A stretch of 64,000 nt of DNA, taken from positions 39,060,001 to 39,124,000 of the forward strand of contig OX597836.1 in assembly GCA_951406725.2 (NCBI GenBank). Reading direction: 5' to 3'. Under the pieces are notes generated by a model, which saw only the letters and a list, made by a program, of their open reading frames with translations, was not told the origin of the DNA and searched no databases. The position numbers and the translations under genes were made by a program. Below are positions 61,965 to 64,000 of the stretch, one piece after another; the first letter of the stretch is position 1, and every line of letters begins with the position of its first letter. This stretch comes from Octopus vulgaris. Taxonomy: Eukaryota.

Positions 61965-62012
61965 TATATATATATATATATATATATATAGATATATAAA
62001 TATATATACATA
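61480..62012. repeat. (TA)n-rich repeat
   Basis: Direct reading. Confidence 0.95.
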
Positions 62013-62138
62013 CGTGCTTGAGAGAGTGTTATACTGTATTTCTGTGTAGAAACAACAACGCCCATTATCATTTTCTAACGTTTGTCTATTAAGAAATAAA
62101 ATAAGCGAAGAAATAATTCATTATAGAATACAGAATGA

Positions 62139-62169
<31 letters not shown>

Positions 62170-62878
62170 GGGGAGAGAGAGAGGCCTCAATGTCGATAAG
62201 AAATAATGTAAATAAATAGAAATTGTTGAAACGGAAAATAAACATGATTCAAAATATCCAATGAATAATATTGAACTTACGAGAGAGGCGAAACAAGAAA
62301 AAGAAATGGAAAAAGAAGAAGAAATGAGAAAAAGAACCGAAAAAAAAACAAAAACAAAGAGTTATACAAATCCTTTTGTGAAATTATCTATTATCGAATT
62401 ACCATGAATATATACATATATCCATACACACACACATACATATATAAATATATATACTTATCGTTATTATTATTATTAGACACATAATGAAAACAATAGG
62501 GATGCCTCATAGAGAAAGAACAATAAATAACTCTGCTGTGAGATGGATTTCTTCTCTGTCTAAATTTATATATAGAGAGAAATAATGAACACGACAATGA
62601 AGGGTGGTTAAAAGGGTCGCTTCATAATCATAAAGTCCGTTATTTTGAATATATCGGCATGAGAATGTGTCAAGTCATCGGAGACTTTAATTTTGGGTGA
62701 GTAACTGGAAACTGTATGGAAGCCCATAGAACGGTCTGAACCTGTAATTCAAAGGTCTACCTACTACCGTATGCAGTACCACTAATGCTCAGGAGTTTTC
62801 CTGTTTATTATTTTGTCCAATGCTGTTCTTAATATTGTTGCGAATCATTCTGGACTGCCATATTAGCCTGGCGATAAC

Positions 62879-62964
<86 letters not shown>

Positions 62965-63104
62965 ATTTCCTCTATTTACATAATACATACATACATACAT
63001 ACATACATACATACATACATACATACATACATACATACATACATACATACATACATACATACATACATACATACAAACATAGAGGGAGAGAGAACGAGAG
63101 AGCA

Positions 63105-63612
63105 TCCCACGAAAGACGAAAATTCAACCCCCACTTGAGATTACAGCTGAAAAAAGTTATGCTCTGTTTGGTGGTATATGAAGGCACACTCTAACATAAA
63201 GTGTTAAACCAAAACGAAACAGTTAATGCGAAGTATTGTCGTCAGGTGGAAAATTACTACACAAAAATTTTAGAAAAAGCGCCCATTATTGGTTAGTATA
63301 AAAAGCGTTACTCTTACATGATAAAACAAGACCACATATTGTCCTGGTTACTCGGGAAAAGATAAGAACGTTAAATATGGAAGTTATGCCATATCCCTCG
63401 TAATCTTCTGACCTTGCTTCATCTAACTAATCCTTTCAGATTAATGCAACATTATTTAAAAGGGAAACAGTTTATGAATTATGATGAGGTTAAAGATGAT
63501 ATTGAGTGTCACTGTTTCGAAACCTGAAGCATTTTACGACCGAGATATCTACTATATTCTAAAAATATGGGATTACGTCCTCAATAATGAGGGGAAAACA
63601 TTATCTTGATAT
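63105..63612 (+). pseudogene. Decayed mariner (DD34D) transposase fragment
   Basis: KVML..WW, NQNETVNA, LLHDKTRPH, MEVMPYPS*SSDLASS (cf. HPPYSPDLAPSD); stops and frameshifts. Confidence 0.75.
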
Positions 63613-63616
63613 AGAA

Positions 63617-63872
63617 TGTCTGGCACTCTGTCGGTTACGACGACGAGTGTTCCAGTCAAACCGATCAACAGAACAGCCTGCTCGCGAAATTAATGTGTAT
63701 TTGGTTGAGCACTTCACAGACATGCGCACCACGTAACGTAGTTCTCAGGGAAATTCAGCGCGACATTGAGTGTGACGAGGCTGGCCCTTTGAAATACAGG
63801 TATAACGCGCCGTCGGGAATCAAACACACGATCGTGAGCTGAATGCCCTCAACACTGAGCTACGCGCCTTCA
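63617..63872 (-). mobile_element. Old-head SINE with tail type 1
   Basis: Reverse complement of the 7660-7840 tail joined to a degenerate tRNA-like head. Confidence 0.75.
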
Positions 63873-63881
63873 ATTGATTTA

Positions 63882-63930
<49 letters not shown>

Positions 63931-63936
<6 letters not shown>

Positions 63937-64000
63937 TTAAAATTAAAATGAGGGTGAAAAATTGGATATTAATTTGATAACATCAATTTTAATACCAGTG
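63931..64000 (-). repeat. Terminus of another element like 17220-17667, cut by the window edge
   Basis: (TA)n-AAATGAGGGTGAAAAAT..ATATTAATTT..ACCAGTG is approximately the reverse complement of 17600-17665. Confidence 0.65.

Overview
AT-rich, repeat-saturated eukaryotic DNA. The SINE repertoire and microsatellite load look like an octopus (coleoid cephalopod) genome; this is an inference. No host protein-coding exon could be supported, and almost all ORFs in the track are microsatellite translations. The window holds three abundant SINE families and a 5'-truncated RT + restriction-like-endonuclease (Dong/R4-type) LINE with three related fragments, all embedded in (TAA)n in the same orientation. 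It also has decayed RTE, CR1, Tc1, maT-like and mariner remnants, two hAT-type MITEs, and a TIR element carrying TTAGGG repeats. The most interesting signal is non-coding: about a dozen minimal type I hammerhead-ribozyme motifs (CUGANGA...GAAAC-palindrome-GUH closed by a co-varying stem I). They lie in short, mostly (TA)n-associated elements, including fold-back elements with a hammerhead on each strand and a 557-bp tandem unit with a terminal inversion, which resembles Penelope-like elements or retrozymes. All structures were read by eye and were not folded computationally.
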